Shown piece after piece: positions 39,535 to 54,460 of a stretch of DNA of 64,000 nucleotides (position 1 is its first letter; every line of letters begins with the position of its first letter). The DNA comes from Eledone cirrhosa (taxonomy: Eukaryota). The stretch is taken from positions 6,448,001 to 6,512,000 of the forward strand of contig OZ024742.1 of NCBI GenBank assembly GCA_964016885.1. Direction: 5' to 3'. The position numbers and the translations under genes were made by a program. The notes beneath the pieces were generated by a model, which was given only the letters and a program-made list of their open reading frames with translations, was not told where the DNA came from and ran no database searches.

Positions 39535-42500
39535 GATCTATAACATAATTCCTTACCCTAGAAGTTAGAGGGTTAACCAGAGCAGTTTAGTGATCTATAA
39601 CATAGTTCCTTACCCTAGAAGTTAGAGGGTTAACCAGAGCAGTTTATTGATCTATAACATAGTTCCTGACCATAGAGGTTAGTGGGTTAACCAGAGCAGT
39701 TTAGTGATATATAACATAGTTTCTTAGACTTGAAGTTAGAGGGTTAACCAGAGCAGTTTAGTCATATATAACATAGTTCCCTACCCTAGTAGTTAGAGGG
39801 TTAACCAGAGCAGTTTAGTGATATATAACATGGTTTCTTACCCTAGTAGGTAGAGGGTTAACCAGAGCTGTTTAGTGATCTATAACATGGTTTCTTACCC
39901 TAGTAGGTAGAGGGTTAACCAGAGCATTTTAGTGATCTATAACATACTTCCTTACCCTAGTAGTTAGAGGGTTACCCCGTGCAGTTTAGTGATCTATAAC
40001 ATAGTTTCCTACCCTAGTAGTTAGAGGGTTAACCTGAGCAGTTCAGTGATCTATAACATAGTTTCTTAGTTTAGTAGTTAGAGGGTTAACCAGAGCAGTT
40101 TAGTGATCTATAACATATATCTTTACCCTAGTAGTTAGAGGGTTAACCAGAGCAGTTTAGTGATGTATAACATATTTCTTTAACCTAGTAGTTAGAGGGT
40201 TAACCAGAGCAGTTTAATGATCTATAACATATTTCTTTACCCTAGTAGTTAGAGGGTTAACCTGAGCAGTTTAGTGATCTATAACATAGTTCCTTAACAT
40301 ATTAGTTAGAGGGTTAACTAGAGCAGTTTAGTGATCTATAACATGGTTTCTTACCCTAGTAGGTAGAGGGTTAACCAGAGCATTTTAGTGATCTATAACA
40401 TACTTCCTTACCCTAGTAGTTAGAGGGTTAACCAGAGCAGTTTAGTGATGTATAACATATTTCTTTAACCTAGTAGTTAGAGGGTTAACCAGAGCAGTTT
40501 AATGATCTATAACATATTTCTTTACACTAGTAGTTAGAGGGTTAGCCAGAGCAGTTTAGTGATCTATAACATAGTTCCTTAACATATTAGTTAGAGGGTT
40601 AACTAGAGCAGTTTAGTGATCTATAACATAGTTCCTTAACCTAGTAGTTAGAGGGTTAACCAGACCAGTTTAGTGATCTATAACATAGTTCCTTACCCTA
40701 GTAATTAGAGGGTTAACCAGAGCAGTTTAATGATCTATAACATGGCTTCTTACCCTAGTAGGTAGAGGGTTAACCAGAGCTGTTTAGTGATCTATAACAT
40801 GGTTTCTTACCCTAGTAGGTAGAGGGTTAACCAGAGCATTTAATGATCTATAACATACTTCCTTACCCTAGTAGTTAGACGGTTACCCCGTGCAGTTTAG
40901 TGATCTATAACATAGTTTCTTACCCTAGTAGTTAGAGGGTTAAGCAGAGCAGTTTAGTGATATGTAACATAGTTTCTTAGACTTGTAGTTAGAGGGTTAA
41001 CCAGAGCAGTTTAGTCATATATAACATAGTTCCTTACCCTAGTAGTTAGAGGGTTAACCAGAGCAGTTTAGTGATATATAACATAGTTCCTTACCCTAGA
41101 AGTTAGAGGGTTAACCAGAGCAGTCTAGTGATCTATAACAAAGTTTCTTAACCTAGTAGTTCGAGGGTTAACCAGAGCAGTTTAGTGATCCACAACATAG
41201 TTCATTTTCCTATTAGTTAGAGGTTAACCAGAGCAGTTTAGTGATCCACAACATAGTTCCTTATCCTAGTAGTTAGAGGGTTAACCAGAAAAGTTTAGTG
41301 ATATATGACATAGTTCCTTACCCTAGTAGTTAGAGGGTTCACCAGATCAGTTTAGTGATATATGACGTAGTTCCTTACCCTAGTAGTTAGAGGGTTCACC
41401 AGAGCAGTTTAGTGATATATGACATAGTTCCTTACCCTAGTAGTTAGAGGGTTAATCAAAGCAGTTTAGTGATTTATAACATGGTTTCTTACCTAGGAGT
41501 TAGAGGGTTAACCAGAGCAGTTTAGTGATCTATAACATAGTTCCTTACCCTAGTAGTTAGAGGGTTAACCACAGCATTGTAGTGATATATAACATATTTT
41601 CTTACCCTAGTAGATAGAGGGTTAAGCAGAGCAGTTTAGTGATCTATAACATAGTTTCTTACCCTAGTAGTTAGAGGGTTAACCAGAGCAGTTTTGTGAT
41701 CTATAACATAGTTCCTTACCCTAGTAGTTAGAGGGTTAACCAGAGCAGTTTAGTGATCTATAACATAGTTCCTTACCCTAGTAGTTAGAGGGTTAATCAA
41801 AGCAGTTCAGTGATTTATAACATGGTTTCTTACCCTACTAGTTAGAGGGTTAACCAGAGCAGTTTAGTGATCCACAACATAGTTCATTTTCCTATTAGTT
41901 AGAGGTTAACCAGAGCAGTTTAGTGATCCACAACATAGTTCCTTATCCTAGTAGTTAGAGGGTTAACCAGAAAAGTTTAGTGATATATGACATAGTTCCT
42001 TACCCTAGTAGTTAGAGGGTTCACCAGATCAGTTTAGTGATATATGACGTAGTTCCTTACCCTAGTAGTTAGAGGGTTCACCAGAGCAGTTTAGTGATAT
42101 ATGACATAGTTCCTTACCCTAGTAGTTAGAGGGTTAACCACAGCAGTTTAGTGATCTATAACATAGTTTCTTACCCTAGTAGTTAGAGGGTTAACCAGAG
42201 CAGTTTAGTGATCTATAACATAGTTCCTTACCCTAGAAGTTAGAGGGTTAACCAGAGCAGTTTAGTGATCTATAACATAGTTCCTTACCCTAGAAGTTAG
42301 AGGGTTAACCAGAGCAGTTTAGTGATCTATAACATAGTTCCTGACCCTAGAAGTTAGTGGGTTAACCAGAGCAGTTTAGTGATATATAACATTGTCTCTT
42401 ACCCTAGTAGTTAGAGGGTTAACCACAGCAGTTTAGTGATCTATAACATAGTTTCTTACCCTAGTAGTTAGAGGGTTAACCAGAGCAGTTTAGTGATCTA

Positions 42501-45500
42501 TAACATAGTTTCTTAGCCTAGCAGTTAGAGGGTTAACCAGAGCAGTTTTGTGATCTATAACATAGTTCCTGACCCTAGAAGTTAGTGGGTTAACCAGAGC
42601 GGTTTAGTGATCTATAACATAGTTCCTTACCCTAGAAGTTAGAGGGTTAACCAGAGCAGTTTAGTGATCTATAACATAGTTCCTTACCCTAGAAGTTAGA
42701 GGGTTAACCAGAGCAGTTTAGTGATCTATAACATAGTTCCTGGCCCTAGAAGTTTGTGGGTTAACCAGAGCAGTTTAGTGATATATAACATAGTTTCTTA
42801 GACTTGAAGTTAGAGGTTTAACCAGAGCAGTTTAGTCATATATAACATAGTTCCCTACCCTAGTAGTTAGAGGGTTAACCAGAGCAGTTTAGTGATCTAT
42901 AACATAGTTCCTGACCCTAGAAGTTAGTGGGTTAACCAGAGCAGTTTAGTGATATATAACATGGTTCCTTACCCTAGTAGGTAGAGGGTTAACCAGAGCT
43001 GTTTAGTGATCTATAACATGGTTTCTTACCCTAGTAGGTAGAGGGTTAACCAGAGCATTCTAGTGATCTATAACATACTTCCTTACCCTAGTAGTTAGAG
43101 GGTTACCCCGTGCAGTTTAGTGATCTATAACATAGTTTCTTACCCTAGTAGTTAGAGGGTTAACCTGAGCAGTTCAGTGATCTATAACATAGTTTCTTAG
43201 CCTAGTAGTTAGAGGGTTAACCAGAGCAGTTTAGTGATCTATAACATATATCTTTACCCTAGTAGTTAGAGGGTTAACCAGAGCAGTTTAATGATCTATA
43301 ACATATTTCTTTACCCTAGTAGTTAGAGGTTTAACCAGAGCAGTTTAGTGATCTATAACATAGTTCCTTAACATATTAGTTAGAGGGTTAACTAGAGCAG
43401 TTTAGTGATCTATAACATAGTTCCTTAACCTAGTAGTTAGAGGGTTAACCAGAGCAGTTTAGTGATCTATAACATAGTTCCTTACCCTAGTAATTAGAGG
43501 GTTAACCAGAGCAGTTTAATGATCTATAACATGGTTTCTTAGCCTAGTAGGTAGAGGGTTAACCAGAGCTGTTTAGTGATCTATAACATGGTTTCTTACC
43601 CTAGTAGGTAGAGGGTTAACCAGAGCATTTTAGTGATCTATAACATACTTCCTTACCCTAGTAGTTAGAGGGTTACCCCGTGCAGTTTAGTGATCTATAA
43701 CATAGTTTCTTACCCTAGTAGTTAGAGGGTTAAGCAGAGCAGTTTAGTGATATGTAACATAGTTTCTTAGACTTGTAGTTAGAGGGTTAACCAGAGCAGT
43801 TTAGTGATATATAACATAGTTCCTTACCCTAGAAGTTAGAGGGTTAACCAGAGCAGTCTAGTGATCTATAACAAAGTTTCTTAGCCTAGTAGTTCGAGGG
43901 TTAACCAGAGCAGTTTAGTGATCTATAACATGGTTTCTTACCCTAGTAGTTAGAGGGTTAACCAGAGCAGTTTAGTGATGTATAACATAGTTCCTTACCC
44001 TAGAAGTTAGAGGGTTAACCAGAGCAGTTTAGTGATCTATAACATAATTCCTTACCCTAGAAGTTAGAGGGTTAACCAGAGCAGTTTAGTGATCTATAAC
44101 ATAGTTCCTTACCCTAGAAGTTAGAGGGTTAACCAGAGCAGTTTATTGATCTATAACATAGTTCCTGACCATAGAGGTTAGTGGGTTAACCAGAGCAGTT
44201 TAGTGATATATAACATAGTTTCTTAGACTTGAAGTTAGAGGGTTAACCAGAGCAGTTTAGTCATATATAACATAGTTCCCTACCCTAGTAGTTAGAGGGT
44301 TAACCAGAGCAGTTTAGTGATATATAACATGGTTTCTTACCCTAGTAGGTAGAGGGTTAACCAGAGCTGTTTAGTGATCTATAACATGGTTTCTTACCCT
44401 AGTAGGTAGAGGGTTAACCAGAGCATTTTAGTGATCTATAACATACTTCCTTACCCTAGTAGTTAGAGGGTTACCCCGTGCAGTTTAGTGATCTATAACA
44501 TAGTTTCCTACCCTAGTAGTTAGAGGGTTAACCTGAGCAGTTCAGTGATCTATAACATAGTTTCTTAGTTTAGTAGTTAGAGGGTTAACCAGAGCAGTTT
44601 AGTGATCTATAACATATATCTTTACCCTAGTAGTTAGAGGGTTAACCAGAGCAGTTTAGTGATGTATAACATATTTCTTTAACCTAGTAGTTAGAGGGTT
44701 AACCAGAGCAGTTTAATGATCTATAACATATTTCTTTACCCTAGTAGTTAGAGGGTTAACCTGAGCAGTTTAGTGATCTATAACATAGTTCCTTAACATA
44801 TTAGTTAGAGGGTTAACTAGAGCAGTTTAGTGATCTATAACATGGTTTCTTACCCTAGTAGGTAGAGGGTTAACCAGAGCATTTTAGTGATCTATAACAT
44901 ACTTCCTTACCCTAGTAGTTAGAGGGTTAACCAGAGCAGTTTAGTGATGTATAACATATTTCTTTAACCTAGTAGTTAGAGGGTTAACCAGAGCAGTTTA
45001 ATGATCTATAACATATTTCTTTACACTAGTAGTTAGAGGGTTAGCCAGAGCAGTTTAGTGATCTATAACATAGTTCCTTAACATATTAGTTAGAGGGTTA
45101 ACTAGAGCAGTTTAGTGATCTATAACATAGTTCCTTAACCTAGTAGTTAGAGGGTTAACCAGACCAGTTTAGTGATCTATAACATAGTTCCTTACCCTAG
45201 TAATTAGAGGGTTAACCAGAGCAGTTTAATGATCTATAACATGGCTTCTTACCCTAGTAGGTAGAGGGTTAACCAGAGCTGTTTAGTGATCTATAACATG
45301 GTTTCTTACCCTAGTAGGTAGAGGGTTAACCAGAGCATTTAATGATCTATAACATACTTCCTTACCCTAGTAGTTAGACGGTTACCCCGTGCAGTTTAGT
45401 GATCTATAACATAGTTTCTTACCCTAGTAGTTAGAGGGTTAAGCAGAGCAGTTTAGTGATATGTAACATAGTTTCTTAGACTTGTAGTTAGAGGGTTAAC

Positions 45501-47915
45501 CAGAGCAGTTTAGTCATATATAACATAGTTCCTTACCCTAGTAGTTAGAGGGTTAACCAGAGCAGTTTAGTGATATATAACATAGTTCCTTACCCTAGAA
45601 GTTAGAGGGTTAACCAGAGCAGTCTAGTGATCTATAACAAAGTTTCTTAACCTAGTAGTTCGAGGGTTAACCAGAGCAGTTTAGTGATCCACAACATAGT
45701 TCATTTTCCTATTAGTTAGAGGTTAACCAGAGCAGTTTAGTGATCCACAACATAGTTCCTTATCCTAGTAGTTAGAGGGTTAACCAGAAAAGTTTAGTGA
45801 TATATGACATAGTTCCTTACCCTAGTAGTTAGAGGGTTCACCAGATCAGTTTAGTGATATATGACGTAGTTCCTTACCCTAGTAGTTAGAGGGTTCACCA
45901 GAGCAGTTTAGTGATATATGACATAGTTCCTTACCCTAGTAGTTAGAGGGTTAATCAAAGCAGTTTAGTGATTTATAACATGGTTTCTTACCTAGGAGTT
46001 AGAGGGTTAACCAGAGCAGTTTAGTGATCTATAACATAGTTCCTTACCCTAGTAGTTAGAGGGTTAACCACAGCATTGTAGTGATATATAACATATTTTC
46101 TTACCCTAGTAGATAGAGGGTTAAGCAGAGCAGTTTAGTGATCTATAACATAGTTTCTTACCCTAGTAGTTAGAGGGTTAACCAGAGCAGTTTTGTGATC
46201 TATAACATAGTTCCTTACCCTAGTAGTTAGAGGGTTAACCAGAGCAGTTTAGTGATCTATAACATAGTTCCTTACCCTAGTAGTTAGAGGGTTAATCAAA
46301 GCAGTTCAGTGATTTATAACATGGTTTCTTACCCTACTAGTTAGAGGGTTAACCAGAGCAGTTTAGTGATCCACAACATAGTTCATTTTCCTATTAGTTA
46401 GAGGTTAACCAGAGCAGTTTAGTGATCCACAACATAGTTCCTTATCCTAGTAGTTAGAGGGTTAACCAGAAAAGTTTAGTGATATATGACATAGTTCCTT
46501 ACCCTAGTAGTTAGAGGGTTCACCAGATCAGTTTAGTGATATATGACGTAGTTCCTTACCCTAGTAGTTAGAGGGTTCACCAGAGCAGTTTAGTGATATA
46601 TGACATAGTTCCTTACCCTAGTAGTTAGAGGGTTAACCACAGCAGTTTAGTGATCTATAACATAGTTTCTTACCCTAGTAGTTAGAGGGTTAACCAGAGC
46701 AGTTTAGTGATCTATAACATAGTTCCTTACCCTAGAAGTTAGAGGGTTAACCAGAGCAGTTTAGTGATCTATAACATAGTTCCTTACCCTAGAAGTTAGA
46801 GGGTTAACCAGAGCAGTTTAGTGATCTATAACATAGTTCCTGACCCTAGAAGTTAGTGGGTTAACCAGAGCAGTTTAGTGATATATAACATTGTCTCTTA
46901 CCCTAGTAGTTAGAGGGTTAACCACAGCAGTTTAGTGATCTATAACATAGTTTCTTACCCTAGTAGTTAGAGGGTTAACCAGAGCAGTTTAGTGATCTAT
47001 AACATAGTTTCTTAGCCTAGCAGTTAGAGGGTTAACCATAGCAGTTTTGTGATCTATAACATAGTTCCTGACCCTAGAAGTTAGTGGGTTAACCAGAGCG
47101 GTTTAGTGATCTATAACATAGTTCCTTACCCTAGAAGTTAGAGGGTTAACCAGAGCAGTTTAGTGATCTATAACATAGTTCCTTACCCTAGAAGTTAGAG
47201 GGTTAACCAGAGCAGTTTAGTGATCTATAACATAGTTCCTGGCCCTAGAAGTTTGTGGGTTAACCAGAGCAGTTTAGTGATATATAACATAGTTTCTTAG
47301 ACTTGAAGTTAGAGGTTTAACCAGAGCAGTTTAGTCATATATAACATAGTTCCCTACCCTAGTAGTTAGAGGGTTAACCAGAGCAGTTTAGTGATCTATA
47401 ACATAGTTCCTGACCCTAGAAGTTAGTGGGTTAACCAGAGCAGTTTAGTGATATATAACATGGTTCCTTACCCTAGTAGGTAGAGGGTTAACCAGAGCTG
47501 TTTAGTGATCTATAACATGGTTTCTTACCCTAGTAGGTAGAGGGTTAACCAGAGCATTCTAGTGATCTATAACATACTTCCTTACCCTAGTAGTTAGAGG
47601 GTTACCCCGTGCAGTTTAGTGATCTATAACATAGTTTCTTACCCTAGTAGTTAGAGGGTTAAGCAGAGCAGTTTAGTGATATGTAACATAGTTTCTTAGA
47701 CTTGTAGTTAGAGGGTTAACCAGAGCAGTTTAGTGATATATAACATAGTTCCTTACCCTAGAAGTTAGAGGGTTAACCAGAGCAGTCTAGTGATCTATAA
47801 CAAAGTTTCTTAGCCTAGTAGTTCGAGGGTTAACCAGAGCAGTTTAGTGATCTATAACATGGTTTCTTACCCTAGTAGTTAGAGGGTTAACCAGAGCAGT
47901 TTAGTGATGTATAAC
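39535..47915. repeat. Higher-order duplication, period 4499 bp (79 monomers); second copy lacks 10 monomers
   Basis: TAACATAATT 39541/44040, AGTTTATTGA 39641/44140, CAGACCAGTT 40661/45160, GTAGTTAGAC 40871/45370, AGTTTGTGGG 42751/47250. Offset falls to 3929 (-570 bp) at TAAGCAGAGC 43731/47660. Confidence 0.92.
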
Positions 47916-50900
47916 ATATTACTTTAACCTAGTAGTTAGAGGGTTAACCAGAGCAGTTTAATGATCTATAACATATTTCTTTACCCTAGTAGTTAGAGGG
48001 TTAACCAGAGCAGTTTAGTGATCTATAACATAGTTCCTTAACATATTAGTTAGAGGGTTAACTAGAGCAGTTTAGTGATATATGAAGTAGTTCCTTACCC
48101 TAGTAGTTAGAGGGTTCACCAGAGCAGTTTTGTGATATATGACATAGTTCCTTACCCTAGTAGTTAGAGGGTTAACCACAGCATTTTAGTGATATATAAC
48201 ATATTTTCTTACCCTAGTAGATAGAGGGTTAAGCAGAGCAGTTTAGTGATCTATAACATAGATTCTTACCCTAGTAGTTAGAGGGTTAACCAGAGCAGTT
48301 TTGTGATCTATAACATAGTTCCTTACCCTAGTAGTTAGAGGGTTAACTAGAGCAGTTTAGTGATGTATAACATTGTTCCTTAGCCTAGTAGTTAGAGGGT
48401 TAATCAAAGCAGTTTAGTGATTTATAACATGGTTTCTTACCCTAGGAGTTAGAGGGTTAACCAGAGCAGTTTAGTGATCTATAACATAGTTCCTTACCCT
48501 AGTAGTTAGAGGGTTAATCAAAGCAGTTCAGTGATTTATAACATGGTTTCTTACCCTAGGAGTTAGAGGGTTAACCAGAGCAGTTTAGTGATCTATAACA
48601 TAGTTCCTTACCCTAGTATTTAGAGGGTTAACCAGAGCAGTTTAGTGATCTATAACATAGTTTCTTACCCTAGTAGTTAGAGGGTTAACCAGAGCAGTTT
48701 AGTGATATATAACAATAGTTCCTTACCCTAGTAGTTAGAGGGTTAACCAGAGCAGCTTACTGGTCTATAACATAGTTCCTTACCCTAATAGTTAGAGGGT
48801 TAACCAGAGCAGTTTAGTGATCCACAACATAGTTCATTTTCCTAGTAGTTAGAGGTTAACCAGAGCAGTTTAGTGATCCACAACATAGTTCCTTACCCTA
48901 GTAGTTAGAGGGTTCACCAGATCAGTTTAGTGATATATGACGTAGTTCCTTACCCTAGTAGTTAGAGGGTTCACCAGAGCAGTTTAGTGATATATGACAT
49001 AGTTCCTTACCCTAGTAGTTAGAGGGTTAACCACAGCAGTTTAGTGATCTATAACATAGTTTCTTACCCTAGTAGTTAGAGGGTTAACCAGAGCAGTTTA
49101 GTGATCTATAACATAGTTCCTTACCCTAGAAGTTAGAGGGTTAACCAGAGCAGTTTAGTGATCTATAACATAGTTCCTTACCCTAGAAGTTAGAGGGTTA
49201 ACCAGAGCAGTTTAGTGATCTATAACATAGTTCCTGACCCTAGAAGTTAGTGGGTTAACCAGAGCAGTTTAGTGATATATAACATTGTTTCTTACCCTAG
49301 TAGTTAGAGGGTTAACCACAGCAGTTTAGTGATCTATAACATAGTTTCTTACCCTAGTAGTTAGAGGGTTAACCAGAGCAGTTTAGTGATATATAACATA
49401 GTTTCTTAGCCTAGCAGTTAGAGGGTTAACCAGAGCAGTTTAGTGATCTATAACATAGTTCCTGACCCTAGAAGTTAGTGGGTTAACCAGAGCAGTTTAG
49501 TGATCTATAACATAGTTCCTTACCCTAGAAGTTAGAGGGTTAACCAGAGCAGTTTAGTGATCTATAACATAGTTCCTGACCCTAGAAGTTAGTGGGTTAA
49601 CCAGAGCAGTTTAGTGATATATAACATTGTTTCTTACCCTAGTAGTCAGAGGGTTAACCACAGCAGTTTAGTGATCTATAACATAGTTTCTTACCCTAGT
49701 AGTTAGAGGGTTAACCAGAGCAGTTTAGTGATCTATAACATAGTTTCTTAGCCTAGCAGTTAGAGGGATAACCAGAGCAGTTTAGTGATCTATAACATAG
49801 TTCCTGACCCTAGAAGTTAGTGGGTTAACCAGAGCAGTTTAGTGATCTATAACATAGTTCCTTACCCTAGAAGTTAGAGGGTTAACCAGAGCAGTTTAGT
49901 GATCTATAACATAGTTCCTTACCCTAGAAGTTAGAGGGTTAACCAGAGCAGTTTAGTGATCTATAACATAGTTCCTGACCCTAGAAGTTAGTGGGTTAAC
50001 CAGAGCAGTTTAGTGATATATAACATAGTTTCTTAGACTTGAAGTTAGAGGGTTAACCAGAGCAGTTTAGTCATATATAACATAGTTCCCTACCCTAGTA
50101 GTTAGAGGGTTAACCAGAGCAGTTTAGTGATCTATAACATAGTTCCTGACCCTAGAAGTTAGTGGGTTAACCAGAGCAGTTTAGTGATATATAACATGGT
50201 TTCTTACCCTAGTAGGTAGAGGGTTAACCAGAGCTGTTTAGTGATCTATAACATGGTTTCTTACCCTAGTAGGTAGAGGGTTAACCAGAGCATTTTAGTG
50301 ATCTATAACATACTTCCTTACCCTAGTTGTTAGAGGGTTACCCCGTGCAGTTTAGTGATCTATAACATAGTTTCCTACCCTAGTAGTTAGAGGGTTAACC
50401 TGAGCAGTTCAGTGATCTATAACATAGTTTCTTAGTTTAGTAGTTAGAGGGTTAACCAGAGCAGTTTAGTGATCTATAACATATATCTTTACCCTAGTAG
50501 TTAGAGGGTTAACCAGAGCAGTTTAGTGATATATGACATAGTTCCTTACCCTAGTAGTTAGAGGGTTAACCACAGCAGTTTAGTGATCTATAACATAGTT
50601 TCTTACCCTAGTAGTTAGAGGGTTAACCAGAGCAGTTTAGTGATCTATAACATAGTTCCTTACCCTAGAAGTTAGAGGGTTAACCAGAGCAGTTTAGTGA
50701 TCTATAACATAGTTCCTTACCCTAGAAGTTAGAGGGTTAACCAGAGCAGTTTAGTGATCTATAACATAGTTCCTGACCCTAGAAGTTAGTGGGTTAACCA
50801 GAGCAGTTTAGTGATATATAACATTGTCTCTTACCCTAGTAGTTAGAGGGTTAACCACAGCAGTTTAGTGATCTATAACATAGTTTCTTACCCTAGTAGT

Positions 50901-53900
50901 TAGAGGGTTAACCAGAGCAGTTTAGTGATCTATAACATAGTTTCTTAGCCTAGCAGTTAGAGGGTTAACCATAGCAGTTTTGTGATCTATAACATAGTTC
51001 CTGACCCTAGAAGTTAGTGGGTTAACCAGAGCGGTTTAGTGATCTATAACATAGTTCCTTACCCTAGAAGTTAGAGGGTTAACCAGAGCAGTTTAGTGAT
51101 CTATAACATAGTTCCTTACCCTAGAAGTTAGAGGGTTAACCAGAGCAGTTTAGTGATCTATAACATAGTTCCTGGCCCTAGAAGTTTGTGGGTTAACCAG
51201 AGCAGTTTAGTGATATATAACATAGTTTCTTAGACTTGAAGTTAGAGGTTTAACCAGAGCAGTTTAGTCATATATAACATAGTTCCCTACCCTAGTAGTT
51301 AGAGGGTTAACCAGAGCAGTTTAGTGATCTATAACATAGTTCCTGACCCTAGAAGTTAGTGGGTTAACCAGAGCAGTTTAGTGATATATAACATGGTTCC
51401 TTACCCTAGTAGGTAGAGGGTTAACCAGAGCTGTTTAGTGATCTATAACATGGTTTCTTACCCTAGTAGGTAGAGGGTTAACCAGAGCATTCTAGTGATC
51501 TATAACATACTTCCTTACCCTAGTAGTTAGAGGGTTACCCCGTGCAGTTTAGTGATCTATAACATAGTTTCTTACCCTAGTAGTTAGAGGGTTAAGCAGA
51601 GCAGTTTAGTGATATGTAACATAGTTTCTTAGACTTGTAGTTAGAGGGTTAACCAGAGCAGTTTAGTGATATATAACATAGTTCCTTACCCTAGAAGTTA
51701 GAGGGTTAACCAGAGCAGTCTAGTGATCTATAACAAAGTTTCTTAGCCTAGTAGTTCGAGGGTTAACCAGAGCAGTTTAGTGATCTATAACATGGTTTCT
51801 TACCCTAGTAGTTAGAGGGTTAACCAGAGCAGTTTAGTGATGTATAACATATTACTTTAACCTAGTAGTTAGAGGGTTAACCAGAGCAGTTTAATGATCT
51901 ATAACATATTTCTTTACCCTAGTAGTTAGAGGGTTAACCAGAGCAGTTTAGTGATCTATAACATAGTTCCTTAACATATTAGTTAGAGGGTTAACTAGAG
52001 CAGTTTAGTGATATATGAAGTAGTTCCTTACCCTAGTAGTTAGAGGGTTCACCAGAGCAGTTTTGTGATATATGACATAGTTCCTTACCCTAGTAGTTAG
52101 AGGGTTAACCACAGCATTTTAGTGATATATAACATATTTTCTTACCCTAGTAGATAGAGGGTTAAGCAGAGCAGTTTAGTGATCTATAACATAGATTCTT
52201 ACCCTAGTAGTTAGAGGGTTAACCAGAGCAGTTTTGTGATCTATAACATAGTTCCTTACCCTAGTAGTTAGAGGGTTAACTAGAGCAGTTTAGTGATGTA
52301 TAACATTGTTCCTTAGCCTAGTAGTTAGAGGGTTAATCAAAGCAGTTTAGTGATTTATAACATGGTTTCTTACCCTAGGAGTTAGAGGGTTAACCAGAGC
52401 AGTTTAGTGATCTATAACATAGTTCCTTACCCTAGTAGTTAGAGGGTTAATCAAAGCAGTTCAGTGATTTATAACATGGTTTCTTACCCTAGGAGTTAGA
52501 GGGTTAACCAGAGCAGTTTAGTGATCTATAACATAGTTCCTTACCCTAGTATTTAGAGGGTTAACCAGAGCAGTTTAGTGATCTATAACATAGTTTCTTA
52601 CCCTAGTAGTTAGAGGGTTAACCAGAGCAGTTTAGTGATATATAACAATAGTTCCTTACCCTAGTAGTTAGAGGGTTAACCAGAGCAGCTTACTGGTCTA
52701 TAACATAGTTCCTTACCCTAATAGTTAGAGGGTTAACCAGAGCAGTTTAGTGATCCACAACATAGTTCATTTTCCTAGTAGTTAGAGGTTAACCAGAGCA
52801 GTTTAGTGATCCACAACATAGTTCCTTACCCTAGTAGTTAGAGGGTTCACCAGATCAGTTTAGTGATATATGACGTAGTTCCTTACCCTAGTAGTTAGAG
52901 GGTTCACCAGAGCAGTTTAGTGATATATGACATAGTTCCTTACCCTAGTAGTTAGAGGGTTAACCACAGCAGTTTAGTGATCTATAACATAGTTTCTTAC
53001 CCTAGTAGTTAGAGGGTTAACCAGAGCAGTTTAGTGATCTATAACATAGTTCCTTACCCTAGAAGTTAGAGGGTTAACCAGAGCAGTTTAGTGATCTATA
53101 ACATAGTTCCTTACCCTAGAAGTTAGAGGGTTAACCAGAGCAGTTTAGTGATCTATAACATAGTTCCTGACCCTAGAAGTTAGTGGGTTAACCAGAGCAG
53201 TTTAGTGATATATAACATTGTTTCTTACCCTAGTAGTTAGAGGGTTAACCACAGCAGTTTAGTGATCTATAACATAGTTTCTTACCCTAGTAGTTAGAGG
53301 GTTAACCAGAGCAGTTTAGTGATATATAACATAGTTTCTTAGCCTAGCAGTTAGAGGGTTAACCAGAGCAGTTTAGTGATCTATAACATAGTTCCTGACC
53401 CTAGAAGTTAGTGGGTTAACCAGAGCAGTTTAGTGATCTATAACATAGTTCCTTACCCTAGAAGTTAGAGGGTTAACCAGAGCAGTTTAGTGATCTATAA
53501 CATAGTTCCTGACCCTAGAAGTTAGTGGGTTAACCAGAGCAGTTTAGTGATATATAACATTGTTTCTTACCCTAGTAGTCAGAGGGTTAACCACAGCAGT
53601 TTAGTGATCTATAACATAGTTTCTTACCCTAGTAGTTAGAGGGTTAACCAGAGCAGTTTAGTGATCTATAACATAGTTTCTTAGCCTAGCAGTTAGAGGG
53701 ATAACCAGAGCAGTTTAGTGATCTATAACATAGTTCCTGACCCTAGAAGTTAGTGGGTTAACCAGAGCAGTTTAGTGATCTATAACATAGTTCCTTACCC
53801 TAGAAGTTAGAGGGTTAACCAGAGCAGTTTAGTGATCTATAACATAGTTCCTTACCCTAGAAGTTAGAGGGTTAACCAGAGCAGTTTAGTGATCTATAAC

Positions 53901-54460
53901 ATAGTTCCTGACCCTAGAAGTTAGTGGGTTAACCAGAGCAGTTTAGTGATATATAACATAGTTTCTTAGACTTGAAGTTAGAGGGTTAACCAGAGCAGTT
54001 TAGTCATATATAACATAGTTCCCTACCCTAGTAGTTAGAGGGTTAACCAGAGCAGTTTAGTGATCTATAACATAGTTCCTGACCCTAGAAGTTAGTGGGT
54101 TAACCAGAGCAGTTTAGTGATATATAACATGGTTTCTTACCCTAGTAGGTAGAGGGTTAACCAGAGCTGTTTAGTGATCTATAACATGGTTTCTTACCCT
54201 AGTAGGTAGAGGGTTAACCAGAGCATTTTAGTGATCTATAACATACTTCCTTACCCTAGTTGTTAGAGGGTTACCCCGTGCAGTTTAGTGATCTATAACA
54301 TAGTTTCCTACCCTAGTAGTTAGAGGGTTAACCTGAGCAGTTCAGTGATCTATAACATAGTTTCTTAGTTTAGTAGTTAGAGGGTTAACCAGAGCAGTTT
54401 AGTGATCTATAACATATATCTTTACCCTAGTAGTTAGAGGGTTAACCAGAGCAGTTTAGT
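46595..54460. repeat. Higher-order tandem duplication, 2 x 3933 bp (69 monomers), apparently identical copies
   Basis: GTTAACCATA 47031/50964, TATGAAG 48081/52014, TGGTCTA 48761/52694, TAGAGGGATA 49761/53694, all offset 3933 (69x57). Confidence 0.95.
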
